From positions 15,314,001 through 15,378,000 of the forward strand of contig JBHGNT010000003.1 in assembly GCA_043228905.1 (NCBI GenBank): 64,000 nt of DNA, read 5' to 3'. A program made the translations under genes and the position numbers. Numbering within the stretch: position 1 is the first letter of the stretch; every line of letters begins with the position of its first letter. The notes under the pieces are model-generated. The model saw only the letters and a list, made by a program, of their open reading frames with translations. It had not been told where the DNA came from and did not search any database. This document shows, piece by piece, positions 48,867 through 62,800 of the stretch. The DNA is from Azolla caroliniana. Lineage: Eukaryota > Plantae > Polypodiophyta.

Positions 48867-50211
48867 ATGTCCTCACACCACTTTGACGACTATAAGCGTA
48901 AAGTGGTATCTAAATTTAAACATCTTTATAGGTGCACACAAGAAGCTAAGAATACGTATAAGCGTATCTCTGATCTAAACTCACATGACATCACCCCTCA
49001 TAATCTTAGGGTTCACCCACCGAAATTAACAATAGGTCATGAGGAGATCAATTCGAGCTTGCGAACAGAATTTCTAGCCCTCACAACACAATATCGCAAG
49101 GATCTTACAACATGCTATATTCCGCATTTAGACTTATTAGTCCACGCATTAACCAAAGCCATAGATGATTTTCCTAATCAAGTTTGTACCGATAGAGTAA
49201 AAATAATGGAAACAATGCAAGAACCCCCATTCATACAAGAAGTAACATCACTAGTAGGTCCCGATTCATTCCAAGATAGAATGGCACATTGGCAACAAGA
49301 GTTTGCCACTGAAATCCTTAGATCTTGTGATGAAGTAGCAGTTACATATTCTATTACCGCGGCTATTAGAAAGAAGGCCACTATCGGTAAAGACAAAGCA
49401 GAGAGTAGCATGCACAACAATGTTAGAGAAATCGACATAGAGATGAGAGATAGTGAAGATTATAATGTTAATAACAGTCCCTTTACAATTCCAAATTACA
49501 TTGGGAGTGAAAAACCAAAGAAATCCTCTACAAATTATACCATTCAAAAACCTAACCCTAAAGCTAACGCTAACTCTAACACTAACCCCAAACCCAAACT
49601 AAAATCCGCTACAAAGAACCTAAAACCTAATCCCTTTCAAAAATCTAACCCTATTGCTAACCCTAACCCTAACCCTAATTTTCCAGCAAAAAGAAATCCT
49701 CGATCATTGAACCACCGGAACCTCCTCCCGCAATACATCTCCAACATAACAAATAATCAAGTAAGTAGAAATCCTCATCAAAACCATTATGGCCCACGAG
49801 TCTTACTTTATAACCCTAATCGCCCTTTCTTTAATCCTATCTACAACCCAACTAACCATCTAGGGCACACGGTTCCCTCATGCGCGGCGGAAGCGACATA
49901 CCCACCGAGGGCATCTGTCCAACATCCTCACATCAAACAAAATTCAAACCAATATATTTCAACCTCGCACGAGCCACACTCACGGCCTATACATCACCAC
50001 CATACCTTGCCGGAATTTGAATTGGAAGGATACAACAAAGAGCGAAGATCTTACTTCGATAGCGGCTACACGTGCGGCGATGGTGGACGATTGTCACACC
50101 ATAACGGCGGCTACATGAGCCGTGGCGGTAATTATCCTACGGGCCGATACGGGAGGTCCATCCAATGCGAAGGCCATACATCTTATGGAGGCGGCACACA
50201 TGCCAACATAA
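48867..50211 (+). CDS. Long ORF of unknown function, probably transposon-derived, truncated by a Copia LTR
   Basis: About 450 open codons before the LTR at 50212; helical N-terminal half, N/P-rich linker; TATATAAA at ~48316. Confidence 0.4.
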
Positions 50212-53200
50212 TGTTAAGCAAACGTGAAGAAGGCACTCGGGCTCTTCTTATGTGCGTGGCGGATCGTGGTGTGCTGGATCGTTTGGTGCTCAAACACAAA
50301 AGGGAAGGGGGAAGGAGACTTACCTCTGTAACAGCCAAAAACTTCTTCTATTTCATTACGCGCAGAGCTCTACTTGCTCTCGTCTGTTTCTCTCTTCTAC
50401 TCTCACTCTCTCTCTCTCAGAGTTCTACTTCCTGTGTCTTTCTTACTTACTTACTCTCTTACTTTTTACCTAAGTAATAAGTTACTTACATATGCAGCTA
50501 ATTAGCTGCTTGTAGCTAATTAGCTATCAGTCGCTAAATAGCTGTCAGTAGCTAATTAGTTGTTTCTCCTTTATGTTCACAAGTAGCTAAATAGCTACTA
50601 TAGCTTATGCAGAAAGTAGCGTGCGGAAGCAAGTATGAAGACCGAACAGAAGGCAGAAAACTCAAGTTTAATGGAGAGCTTGAGCTTACACGGTATACGT
50701 GGGAGAGACAAAGACAGACAGAGAGAGAGAGAGAGAGAAGACAAGAACTATATTCAACAAAAAGTACTCAATCTCTATTCACTACTCTATACATATGTGT
50801 GTTCAATGAACACTTTTATACAAGTCCTAGAAGGACTGACAGAAGTACTGACAGTACTTCAATGCTCATTAAGAGCTCCTACACTAACTCCCAAATATAT
50901 TCCTCATGGAATATCTTTCCTAACGGCCTCCCGGTTTACGCACCGATCCGTCCCTACCTACGCACCGATCTGCATAGCCCTTTACGCATTCGGCCTAACC
51001 GATCGGTCCCAATCGATCCGGTCCTCGGCTTCTTCAGCCGATCTGGCCGATGTTGAGCTTGTCTCTCAACACTCCCCCTCAAGCTCAACTTGAGGCTCTT
51101 CGGGATCTTCGGGCTCACAACTCTAGTTCCTCCTGGCTTCACGCCTCGCTCGCGCTCCTTGACCTGTTCGACTCTGCACGCTTCGACCCTTCCAGTCGGC
51201 TTGTCTGCTCATGTGGCCCTTATCAGCTCTTCTGTTGTTGCGGTGTTGACGTTTCTCCTACTGCCTTTTCTTCCGCTTGGCCTCGGTTGATTCAGCGTAT
51301 CTGAATCAAACATCCGAACCGACTCGGCTACCTCCGATCGGTTTTCGCTCTCGTCCGAGTTGGCTGTCTCCAACTTGTCTTCGGTCTTCTCGCCCTCGAT
51401 GGCGTCATCTTCACCATGCGTGGTTGGCTTCGGCTCTCTCCTTTGGTTGCCCCCCTTCTGTCCGCTTCCGGACTTTTCCGCGGGTCCGCCCTTGGCTTCT
51501 TCAGCCGATCCGAAGTCGAACTCGACAACCGAGTTAACCGATTCGGTGTCGCGGTCTCCGCTCCTTTCCTTGCCTTTCTTGGTCGTTCGGGACTGTTCTC
51601 CCCCTCAAGTTTGGCACGTCGAGGTGACGCAATCCGAGCGCACCTGAGAATTGCCGCAACTTGTCCAGACCAAGAGGCTTGGTGAAGATGTCGGCAGTCT
51701 GCCGATCCGTCGAAACGTACTGGTAGTGCACCTCAATGTGCTTAGTCCGTGCGTGGAAAACGGGGTTTTTTGCGAGCTGGATGCTGCTGAGGTTGTCGCA
51801 GTAGATCGTCGTCGGATCTAACACCTCCTCTTGCAGGTCCTTAGGTAGTCGCTTCAACCATATGGCTTCGCATGTCGCGACAGCCGCTCCTCGGTACTCA
51901 GCTTCGGTGCTCGACAGTGCAACTGTCCGCTGCTTCTTACTACTCCACGCAATCGCGGCACTCCCGAGGGAGAACGCGTATCCGGACGTGGATCGGCGAT
52001 CGGCGGCGTTGCCAGCCCAATCAGCATCAGTGTAGCCGACTAACTGCACGGCTGCACCGGTCCGATATAGCAGTCCCCGGTCCTTAGTGCCGTTGACATA
52101 CCGAAGTATGCGTTACGCACACTAAAGGTGCTCCTCGGTAGCTCGCGCCATGAACTGACTGATCACTCCGACCGGATAACTGAGGTCGGGTCGGGTGATG
52201 GTCAAGTATATGAGGCTTCCGAAAATTTGTCGGAACCTCATCGGGTCGCATACCTTTCCCGTATCGGGGCGAAGCTTGACGGTTCTGTTTAGAGGAGTCG
52301 AGACAGACTTACAGTCGGCCATCCCGAATTTGAAGAGCATAGTCAGTACGTAATGACGTTGGCTAATCAATATACCTTCGGGGGTACGGATCACTTCAAT
52401 CCCGAGGAAGTAATGAAGGTCCCCCAGATCCTTCATGTCGAACGATGCCGCAAGCTAGAGCTTCACGCGGTCGATTTCACCTAAGTCGGCGCCGGTGATG
52501 ACCAAGTCGTCAACATGTAGTAAAATACTAACCGGTCCGAGTCGACCTTTCCGGATGAATAGGGAAGAGTCCAATTTTGACGTGACGAAGCCCATCCAAT
52601 GTATTTGTTGCGTGATCTTCGCGTTCCAGGCACGCGGGGCTTGCTTCAGTTCGTAAAGGGACTTCTTCAGTCGGCATACTAACGAGGAATTTTGTTCCAG
52701 AGTGAAATCCGGGGGTCACCTTGCAGGAACGCATTCTCTAGCTCCATCAAATGTAAGTGCCACCCCTTCACCGCAGCTACTGTGAGCAAAACACGGACGG
52801 TCGTCATTTTCGCGACCGGCGCAAACGTCTCATCGTTGTCGATGCCGTGTTTCTACGCGTAGCCATTTGCCACTAGCCGAGCCTTGTACCGGTTGACCGA
52901 GCCATCGGTGTTGTACTTGACATTATACACCCACCTACACCTAATCGGATTAACCCCTCTTGGTGCGTCAACTAGGTCCCAGGTCTGGTTCTCCGCCAAT
53001 GCGTGCCTCTCTTCCTCCATCGCGGCACGCCAATTCGCATCTTTAGCCGCTTCTGCATAGCTCTCCGGCTCACACACCTCCGCTACACGGGTCATGTACG
53101 CATAATGATGTGCCATGTACTCGTTGTATCCGAACCGCAAAACAGGATTCTTCTAGCGGGTAGATCGGCGTAATCTCATATTAGCCGATGTCGAGGCCTT

Positions 53201-54163
53201 CTCGGTCGACACGGACTTCACCTTTAAAGACCCGTCACCGGTTCCCTCAAAGTCGGATTCGTGTCGGTCTGACTCGTTCCAATCCGTGCCGGAATCCGAC
53301 ACCTTCTTCTTCCCTTTCTTTTTGTGCGTAAGCCGTCTCCTCGGCTTCCTGCGCGGGGAATGCACGGCCGAGTCTCCACTACTCTCCGGCTCTTCATCGG
53401 ACTGGTCGTACCGGCTCAGTCGTCCAATCGGTCCACTTAAACGGAGTGAAATCGGACTCTCTTCGCGGGTCTCGATTTCGGGCTCATTCGGAGGCATCTC
53501 AGCCTCGCTGAACTCATCGTCAGAGCTCGGATTGGAATCGGGGTTCGGAGTATGGGGCTGGTACCAGGACGTGGACTCGTCAAACACAACGTCGCGGCTA
53601 GCACGCGCTTGTTTGGTGCGAGGGTTATAGCACTTATAACCCTTCTGCTCGTCCGAGTAACCGACCAAGATGCTTTTCTCGGCCTTTGCATCCAGCTTCC
53701 TCCTTTTCTCCTTCAGAACATGCACATACGCAATGTTACCGAACACCCTCAAGTGTCGCAAGTTTGGCTTCGTTCCGAAATATTGCTCGTGCGCCGACAC
53801 TTTGTCTCCGACCTGGTTCTGGATGTATACCGCGGTCCTTACCGCCTCGGCCCAGTAGAACTTGGGCAAGCTCTTCTCCTCCAGCATTGCCCGTGCCACT
53901 TCCACAACTGACCGATTCATCCTCTCGGCCACGCCGTTCTGCTCCGGCGTGTTTCTACAACTGAATTCGCGCCGAATTCCCATTTGTTGTAGATAACCGT
54001 TGAATTGACCGGAAAAGTACTCTTTCACGCCATCCGACCGCAGGCACTTGATATTTCGTCCTGTTTCCGTTTCCACGAACCCTTTGAGGTCCTGGAAACA
54101 GTCGACGACTTCGCTCTTCCTCTCAATGAGGTAGATCCACGTGTGCCACGTGTGGTCGTCGAT

Positions 54164-54445
54164 TGTTGAGAGACAAGCTCAACATCGGCCAGATCGGCTG
54201 AAGAAGCCGAGGACCGGATCGATTGGGACCGATCGGTTAGGCCGAGTGCGTAAATCGGGAGGCCGTTAGGAAAGATATTCCGTGAGGAATATATTTGGGA
54301 GTTAGTGTAGGAGCTCTTAATGAGCATTGAAGTACTGTCAGTCAGTACTTCGATCAGTCCTTCTAGGACTTGTATAAAAGTGTTCATTGAACACACATAT
54401 GTATACAGAGTAGTGAATAGAGTGTTGAATATAGTTTTTTGTCTT

Positions 54446-54510
<65 letters not shown>

Positions 54511-57500
54511 GCGTATACCGTGTAAGCTCAAGCTCTCCATTAAACCTGAGTTTCCTTCCTTCTGTTCGGTCTTCATACTTGCTTCCGCACGCGACTTTTT
54601 ACATGGTATCAGAGCGCGAGGGTTGAGAACCTCTCTACAGCCGATACAGCTTGACGAAGAAGAACAAGAAGAACGATGGATAGAGGCATGGCGAGCTCGC
54701 TTCCAACAGAGAAGCTCGACAGAACCAACTACGCGTCTTGGTCCTACAAGATGCACCAGTACCTGCTCGGGCACAGCTACTGGAGTTATGTCGAAGGAGC
54801 TAATGATGCGGCACCCGAATCGACACACAGAGACTTCTCGTCGTGGGAGCAATCGGCGAGCAGTGTATTATACTGCTTCGCGTCATGTGTGGGCAAACAG
54901 CTATTGAGCTATGTTCGGGATGCAAAGACGCCGAAGGGTGCGTGGGAAAATCTGAAGAAGATTTTCGCCGCGAGCACCACAGCCAGGAAGCTTCAGCTCC
55001 GACAGGAGTTGAGCAACCTACGACAACGCGACTTGTCGGTGGCGGACTATACCTCGAAGATCAAGGATATCTACGACTCCCTCGCCTCCATAGAGGTGAA
55101 CATCGAGGAGAGCGAGATGGTCCAGATCTGTCTCGGAGGTTTGGCGTCGAAGTTCGGAGCGTTCCGAACGGTTGTGTGTACCCGGGAGAATACGCCGTCC
55201 TTTTTCGACTTACAATCGATGCTCCTGGTAGAGGAGAACCACGCGGGTGCGTCCACAAGCACGCACATTGACAGCAGAATGATGTACATAGAGGGAGATA
55301 GGCCCCGTGGACGTGGAGGACGAGGCGAGTCGGCGCGCAATGGAGGCGGCCGACGAGATCAAGGAAGAAGCCACCGAAGTGATGTCGACAGCAACTCCGG
55401 ACCCTCCGGAAACAGGGGGAGTCGAAGCGATGAGAACCGGCAAGGGAAGGCCATCACGGAGTGTTGGTACTGTGGCAAGAAAGGCCACAAGGAAAGTGAG
55501 TGCTGGAAGAAGCGTGCCGATTCGGAGAGAACCGGTTCCGGAAACGGCTCCGGACATACCGACAAGGGAAATCGGCAGCGATCGCACTATGCCGAAGACT
55601 CCGTGAGAGCCGGAGAAGGGTCTGCCTTCGTGACGAGACACGAAGCAAACTCAATGAAACAGACCACCCCGAGATCGGATGAGGTGTGGTACGTAGACTC
55701 CAGCACGTCAAACCACATGACAAGCCATAAGGAGTGGTTCTCGTACCTTGAAAAACCGATACAACCTGGAGTAGTCGCAACTGGAGACGACACTCCGCAT
55801 CCGATCGCGAATGTTGGAGAACTTCCCCTTAGCCATGTCGGGCAGAAATGGAAACTCATGAACGTGTTGCACGTTCCGACAATCACGAAACACTTGGTCT
55901 CAGTCAGACAGATCGTCGACCAAGGGATGGAGGTTCGGTTTACACACCTCGGGTGCTTCATTGAGGAAGAAGGTCGTGTGATTGCGCAAGGGCGCAGAGA
56001 CGGGAGGATGTTCATCCTCGACTCCACTGATGGCGGCACCGCAATGTTCGCGAAGGGACAAAAAACCGAGTCGGACATCGACTTGTGGCACAAGCGGATA
56101 GGCCACGTCAACCACCAGCGGCTTCAAGATCTGCAATCGAAACAAGTAGTGTTCGGATTGCCCAAATTTAGTGGCCGAAAGGCACAAATTTGTGAAGTCT
56201 GCCAGCTCAAGAAGCAACACCGACTTCCTTTCCCCAACGAGCGAAACCGGAGCCGGAACAAGCTCGACCTTATACACTCCGATGTATGGGGGCTGGCACA
56301 AAACGTTAGTCTTGGCGGGAGCCGATATTTCGTCTCCTTCATCGACGACCACACGCGGCACACATGGATCTACCTCATTGAGAGGAAGAGCGAAGTCTTC
56401 GACTGCTTTCGGGACCTCAAAGGGTTCGTGGAAACGGAAAAGGGACGAAAGATCAACTGCCTGCGGTCGGATGGCGGGAAAGAGTACTTTTCCGGTCAAT
56501 TCAACGGTTACCTACAACAAATGGGAATTCGCCGCTAATTCAGTTGTAGATACACGCCAGAGCATAACGGCGTGGCCGAGAGAAAGAATCGGTCAGTTGT
56601 GGAAGCGGCACGGGCAATGCTGGAGGAGAAGAGCTTGCCCAAGTTCTATTGGGCCGAGGCGGTAAGGACCGCGGTATAAATCCAGAATGGGATCGGAGAC
56701 AAAGTGTCGGCGCACGAGCTATATTTCGGAACGAAGCCGAACTTGCGACACTTGAGGGTGTTCGGTAGCATTGCGTATGTGCATATACCGAAGGAGAAAA
56801 GGAGGAAGTTGGACGCAAAGGCCGAGAAATGCATCTTGGTCGGTTACTCGGACGAGTAGAAGGGCTATAAGTGTTATAACCCTCGCACCAAACAAGTGCG
56901 TGTCAGCCGCGATGTTGTGTTTGACAAGTCTGCGTCCTGCTGCCCCTGACTACGAACCCTGACTCCAATCTGAGCTCTGACGATGAGGTCAGCGAGGCCG
57001 AGATGCCTCCGGATGAGCCCGAAATCGAGACCCGCGAAGAGAGTCTGATTTCACTCTGGTTAAGTGGACCGATTAGACGACTGAGTCGGTACAACCAGTC
57101 CGATGAAGAGCTGGCGAGTAGTGGAGACTCGGCCGTGCATTCCCTGCGCAGGAAGTCGAGGAGACGGCTTACACGCAAAGAGAAAGGGAAGAAGAAGGTG
57201 TCGGATTCTGGCACGGATAAGAACGAGTCAGACCGACGCGAGTCTGACTCCGAGGGAACCGGTGACGGGTCTTCAAAGGTGAAGATCGTGTCGACCGAGA
57301 AGGTCTCGACATCGGCTAATGCGAGATTACGCCGATCTACCCGGTTCAGATACAACGAGTACATGGTGCATCATTATGCGTACATGAACCGTATAGCGGA
57401 AGTGCATGAGCCGGAGAGCTACGCAGAAGCGGTGAAGGACGCGAATCGGCGCGCCGCGATGGAGGAAGAGATGCACGCACTGGCGGAGAACGAGACCTCG

Positions 57501-59741
57501 GACCTGGTTGACGCACCGAAGGGTGTGAAGCCGATCGGGTGTAGGTGGGTGTACAAAGGCAAGTACAACACCGATGGCTCGGTCAACCGGTACAAGGCTC
57601 GGCTAGTGGCAAAGGGCTACGCGCAGAAACACGGCATCGACTACGATGAGACATTTGCGTCGGTCGCGAAAATGACGATTGTCCGTGTTTTGCTCGCAGT
57701 AGCCACGGCACCTACATCAAATGGATATAAAGAATAAGTTCCTGCAAGGTGACCTTGAGGAACAAGTGTACATGGTACAGCCCCCCGGATTTCCCTCCGG
57801 AACGAACTCCTCGGCAGTTTGCCGACTGAAGAAGTCCCTTTACGGACTGAAGCAAGCACCGCATGCCTGGAACGCGAAGATCACGCAACAACTGCGTTGG
57901 ATGGGCTTCATCACGTCAAAATCGGACTCTTCCCTGTTCATCCGGAAATGTCGACTCGGACCGGTTAGTATTCTACTATATGTCGATGACTTGGTCATCA
58001 CTGGCGCCGACCTAGGCGAAATCGACCGCGTGAAGCTCCAGCTTGTGGCATCGTTCGACATGAAGGATCTGGGGGACCTTCATTACTTCCTCGGGATCGA
58101 AGTGATCTGTACCCCCGAAGGTATATTGATCAGCCAATGTCATTACGAGCTGGGTATGCTCTTCAAACTCGAGATGGCCGACTATAAGTCCGTCTCGACT
58201 CCTCTAGACAGAACCGTCAAGCTTCGCCCCGATACGGGAAAGGTATGCGACCCGACGAGGTTCCGACAAATTGTCAGAAGCCTCATATACTTGACCATCA
58301 CCCGACCCGACCTCAGTTATCCGGTCGGAGTGATCAGTCAGTTCATGGCGCGAGCTATCGAGGAGCACCTTCAGTGTGCGCAACGCATACTTCGGTATGT
58401 CAACGGCACTAAGGACCGGGGACTGCTATATCGGACCGGTGCAGCCGCGCAGTTAGTCGGCTACACCGATGCTGATTGACCTGGCAACGCCGCCGATCGC
58501 CGATCCACGTCCGGATACACGTTCTCCCTCGGGAGTGCCGCGATTGCGTGGAGCAGTAAGAAGCAGCTGACAGTTGCACTGTCGAGCACCGAAGCTGAGT
58601 ACCGAGGAGCGGCTGTCGCGACATGCGAAGCCATATGGTTGAAGCAACTACCTAAGGACATGCAAGAGGAGGTGTTAGATCCGACGACGATCTACTGCGA
58701 CAACCTCAACAGCATCCAGCTCGCGAAAAACCCTGTTTTCCACGCACGGACTAAGCACATTGAGGTGCACTACCATTTCGTCCGTGAGCGTGTCCTTTCC
58801 GGTGAAGTCGAACTTCAGTACGTTTCGACGGATCGGCAGACTGCCGACATCTTCACCAAGCCTCTTCGTCTAGACAAGTTGCGGCAATTCTCAGGTGCGC
58901 TCGGGTTGCATCACTTCGACGTGCCAAACTTGAGGGGGAGAACAGTCCCGAACGTCCAAGCAAGGCAGCAGGAAAGGAGCGGAGACCGCGACACTGAGGG
59001 CGTTGACTCAGTTGTCGAGTTCGACTTCGGATCGGCTGAAGAAACCGAGGGCAGACCCACGGAAAAGTCCGGAAGCGGACAGAAGGGGAGCAGCCGAAGG
59101 AGAGAGCTGAAGCCAACCACGCATGGGGGAGATGACGTTATCGAGGGCGAGAAGACCGAAGACGAGTTGGAGATAGCCAACTCGGACGAGAGCAAAAACC
59201 GATCGGAGGTAGCCGAGTCGGTTCAGATATTTGATTCAGATACGCTGAATCAACCGAGGCCCAAGCGGAAGAAAAGGCAGCAGAAGAAGTGTCGACACCG
59301 CAACAGCAGGAGAGCTGTTAAGGGCCACATGAGCAGACAAGCCGACCGGAAGGGTCGAAGTGCGCGGAGTCGAACACGTCGAGGAACGCGAGCGAGGTGT
59401 GAAGCCAGGAGGAACCGGAGCTGTGAAGATCCCGAAGAGCCTCAAGTTGAGTTTGAGGGGGAGTGTTGAGAGACAAGCTCAACATCGGCCGGATCAGCTG
59501 AAGAAGCCGAGGACCGGATCGGTTGGGACCGATCGGTTAGGCCGAGTTTGTAAACCGGGAGGCCGTTAGGAAAGATATTCCGTGAGGAATATATTTGGGA
59601 GTTAGTGTAGGAGCTCTTAATGAGCATTGAAGTACTGTCAGTACTTCGGTCAGTCCTTCTAGGACTTGTATAAAAGTGTTCATTGAACACACATTTGTAT
59701 ACAGAGTAGTGAATAGAGTGTTGAATATAGTTTTTTGTCTT

Positions 59742-59798
<57 letters not shown>

Positions 59799-59891
59799 GC
59801 GTATACCGTGTAAGCTCAAGCTCTCCATTAAACCTGAGTTTCCTTCCTTCTGTTCGGTCTTCATACGTGCTTCCGCACGCTACTTTTTACA
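54164..59891 (+). mobile_element. Full-length Ty1/Copia element (inner), LTRs 54164-54603 and 59464-59891, TSD TCGAT
   Basis: PBS 54604-54615, PPT TTGAGGGGGAG 59453-59463; same family as the copy it interrupts. Confidence 0.96.
54688..59469 (+). pseudogene. Copia gag-pol (GAG, CCHC, PR, GAG-pre-integrase, INT, RT, RH) with stops and frameshifts
   Basis: CWYCGKKGHKESEC, WYVDS, LWHKRIGH, HSDVWG, LRSDGGKEY, YVDD, GYTDAD. Confidence 0.93.
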
Positions 59892-62800
59892 TCGATGAAG
59901 GAGACGAAATATCGGCTCCCGCCAAGACTAACATTTTGTGTCGGCCCCCATACATAGGAGTGTATAAGGTCGAGCTTGTTCCGGCTCCGGTTTCGCTCGT
60001 TGGGGAAAGGAAGTCAGTGTTGCTTCCCGAGCTGGCAGGCTTCACAAATTTGTGCCTTTTGGCCACTAAATTTGGGCAATCCGAACACTACCTGTTTCGA
60101 TTCCAGATCTTGAAGCCGGTGGTAGTTGATGTCCGACTCGGATTTTTGTCCCTTCGTGAACATTGTTATGCCGCCGTTAGTGGAGTCGAGGATGAACATC
60201 CTCCCGTCTCTGCGCCCTTGCGCAATCACACGACCTTCTTCCTCAATGAAGCACCCGAGGTGTGTAAACCGAACCTCCATCCCTTGGTCGACGATCTGTC
60301 CGACCGAGACCAAGTTTTTCGTGATTGTCGGAACGTGCAGCACGTTCATGAGTTTCCCTTTCTGCCCGACATGGCTAAGGGGAAGTTCTCCGACATTCGC
60401 GATCGGATGCGGAGTGTCGTGTCCAGTTGCGACTACTCCAGGTTGTATCGGTTTCTCAAGGTACGAGAACCACTCCTTATGGCTTGTCATGTGGTTTGAC
60501 GTGCCGGAGTCTACGTACCACACCTCGTCCGATCTCGGGGTGGTCTGTTTCATTGAGTTTGCTTCGTGTCTCGTCATGAAGGTTGTCCCTTCTCCGGCTC
60601 TCCCGGAGTCTTCGGCGTAGTGCGATCGCCGTCGATTTCCCTTGTCAGTATGTCCGGAGCCGTTTCCGAAACCGGTTCTCTCCGAATCGACGCGCTTCTT
60701 CCAGCACTCACTTTCCCTGTGGCCTTTCTTGCCACAGTACCAGCACTCCGCGATGGCCTTCCCTTGCTGGTTCTCATCGCTTCGACTCCCCCTGTTTCCG
60801 GAGGGTCCGGAGTTGCTGTCGGCATCACTTCGGTGCCTTCTTTCTTGATCTCGTTGGCCGCCTCCATTGCGCGCCGACTCGCCTCGTCCTCCACGTCCAC
60901 GGGGCCTATCTCCCTCCGTGTACAACATTCTGTTGTCGGTGTGCGTGCTTGTAGACACACCCGCGTGCTTCTCCTCTACCATAAGCATTGACTGTAAGTC
61001 AAAAAAGGACGGCGTATTCTCCCGGGTACACACAGCCATTCGGAACGCTTCGAGCTTCGACGCCAAACCTCCGAGATAGATCTGGACCATCTCGCTCTCC
61101 TCGATGTTCACCTCTATGGAGGCGAGGGAGTCGCAGATATCCTTGATCTTCGAGGTATTGTCCGCCATCGACAAGTCGCGTTGTCGTAGGTTGCGCAACT
61201 CCTGTCGGAGCTGAAGCTTCCTGGCTGTGGTGCTCGCGGCGAAAATCTTCTTCAGATTTTCCCACGCACCCTTCGGCGTCTTTGCATCCCGAACATAGCT
61301 CAATAGCTGTTTGCCCACACATGACGCGAAGCAGTATAATACCCTGCTCGCCGATTGCTCCCACGACGAGAAGTCTCTGTGTGTCAATTCGGGTGCCGCA
61401 TCATTAGCTCCTTCGACATAACTCCAGTAGCCGTGCCCGAGCAGGTACTGGTGCATCTTGTAGGACCAAGACGCGTAGTTGGTTCTGTCGAGCTTCTCTG
61501 TTGGAAGCGAGCTCGCCATGCCTCTATCCATCGTTCTTCTTGTTCTTCTTCGTCAAGCTGTGTCGGCTGTAGAGAGGTTCTTAACCCTCGCGCTCTGATA
61601 CCATGCAGAAAGTAGCGTGCGGAAGCAAGTATGAAGACCGAACAGAAGGCAGAAAACTCAAGTTTAATGGAGAGCTTGAGCTTACACGGTATACGCGGGA
61701 GAGACAAAGACAGAGAGAGAGAGAGAGATAGAAGACAAGAACTATATTCAACAAAAAGTACTCAATCTCTATTCACTACTCTATACATATGTGTGTTCAA
61801 TGAACACTTTTATACAAGTCCTAGAAGGACTGATAGAAGTACTGACAGTACTTCAATGCTCATTAAGAGCTCCTACACTAACTCCCAAATATATTCCTCA
61901 CGGAATATCTTTCCTAACGGCCTCCCGGTTTACGCACCGATCCGTCCCTACCTACGCACCAGTCTGCGTAGCCCTTTACGCATTCAGCCTAACCGATCGG
62001 TCCCAACCGATCCGGTCCTCGGCTTCTTCAGCCAATCCGGCCGATGTTGAGCTTGTCTCTCAACAGCTTATTTCCTAATAAGCATCACATACCATGTTGA
62101 GCTTGCTTCTCAACACTCCCCCTCAAGCTCAACTTATCCTTTCTTGGGGTTATCTACCACTACTTTTCCATGATGCTTTTCAGCCATCATATCAGTGTCT
62201 ACAACTCCCATCATGTTCCGAAACTGTGTATGCTTTTCCACACTCAATCCCTTTGTTAGAATATCAGCAACCTACTGATTTGTATTCACATACACCAGAT
62301 CAACTTCTCCTTCAATCACTTTTTCTCTAACAAAGTGATAATGTACTTCAATGTGCTTTGTTCTTGCATGGAACACTGGGTTTTTTTGCAAGTTGAATGA
62401 TGCTCATATTGTCACACCAGATTGTGACAGTACCATCTATATACTCTCCCAAATCTTTCATATATTTCTTTTCAGTTTACTTATTTCATCCATGAAATCA
62501 CCTCCAATGATGAGATCATCAACATAAATCAGAATCACAACAATACAATCGTCTTTCCTTTTAACATACAATGATGAATCAGCCTTTGACATTTTGAAGT
62601 CAAGTTTTTACAGATAATCTGAAAGTTCCCTGTGCCATGCTCTTGGTGCCTGTTTCAGTCCATAGAGAGCCTTTTTCAGCTTACATACATAATCTGGATG
62701 CTTCCTATCTTCAAAGCCTGGTGGTTGACACATATACACTTCTTCTTCCAAGTTACCATGTAAAAAAGCATTTTTTACATCCATATGATGAAGAAACCAT

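Larger units (their letters stand above)
50608..62065 (-). mobile_element. Ty1/Copia element (middle), LTRs 50608-51071 and 61604-62065, TSD GCTTA
   Basis: PBS TGGTATCAGAGC 61592-61603, PPT 51072-51082, gag ORF 60014-61531, INT/RT/RH ORFs 51534-54076; split by the inner copy. Confidence 0.95.

Noticed and set aside
49551-49680. Interstitial telomere
   Set aside because: Only a few imperfect CCCTAA units, explained by Asn-Pro codons
54159-59896. Autointegration or inversion of a single Copia element
   Set aside because: Two full LTR pairs with separate TSDs and duplicated coding regions show an ordinary nested insertion
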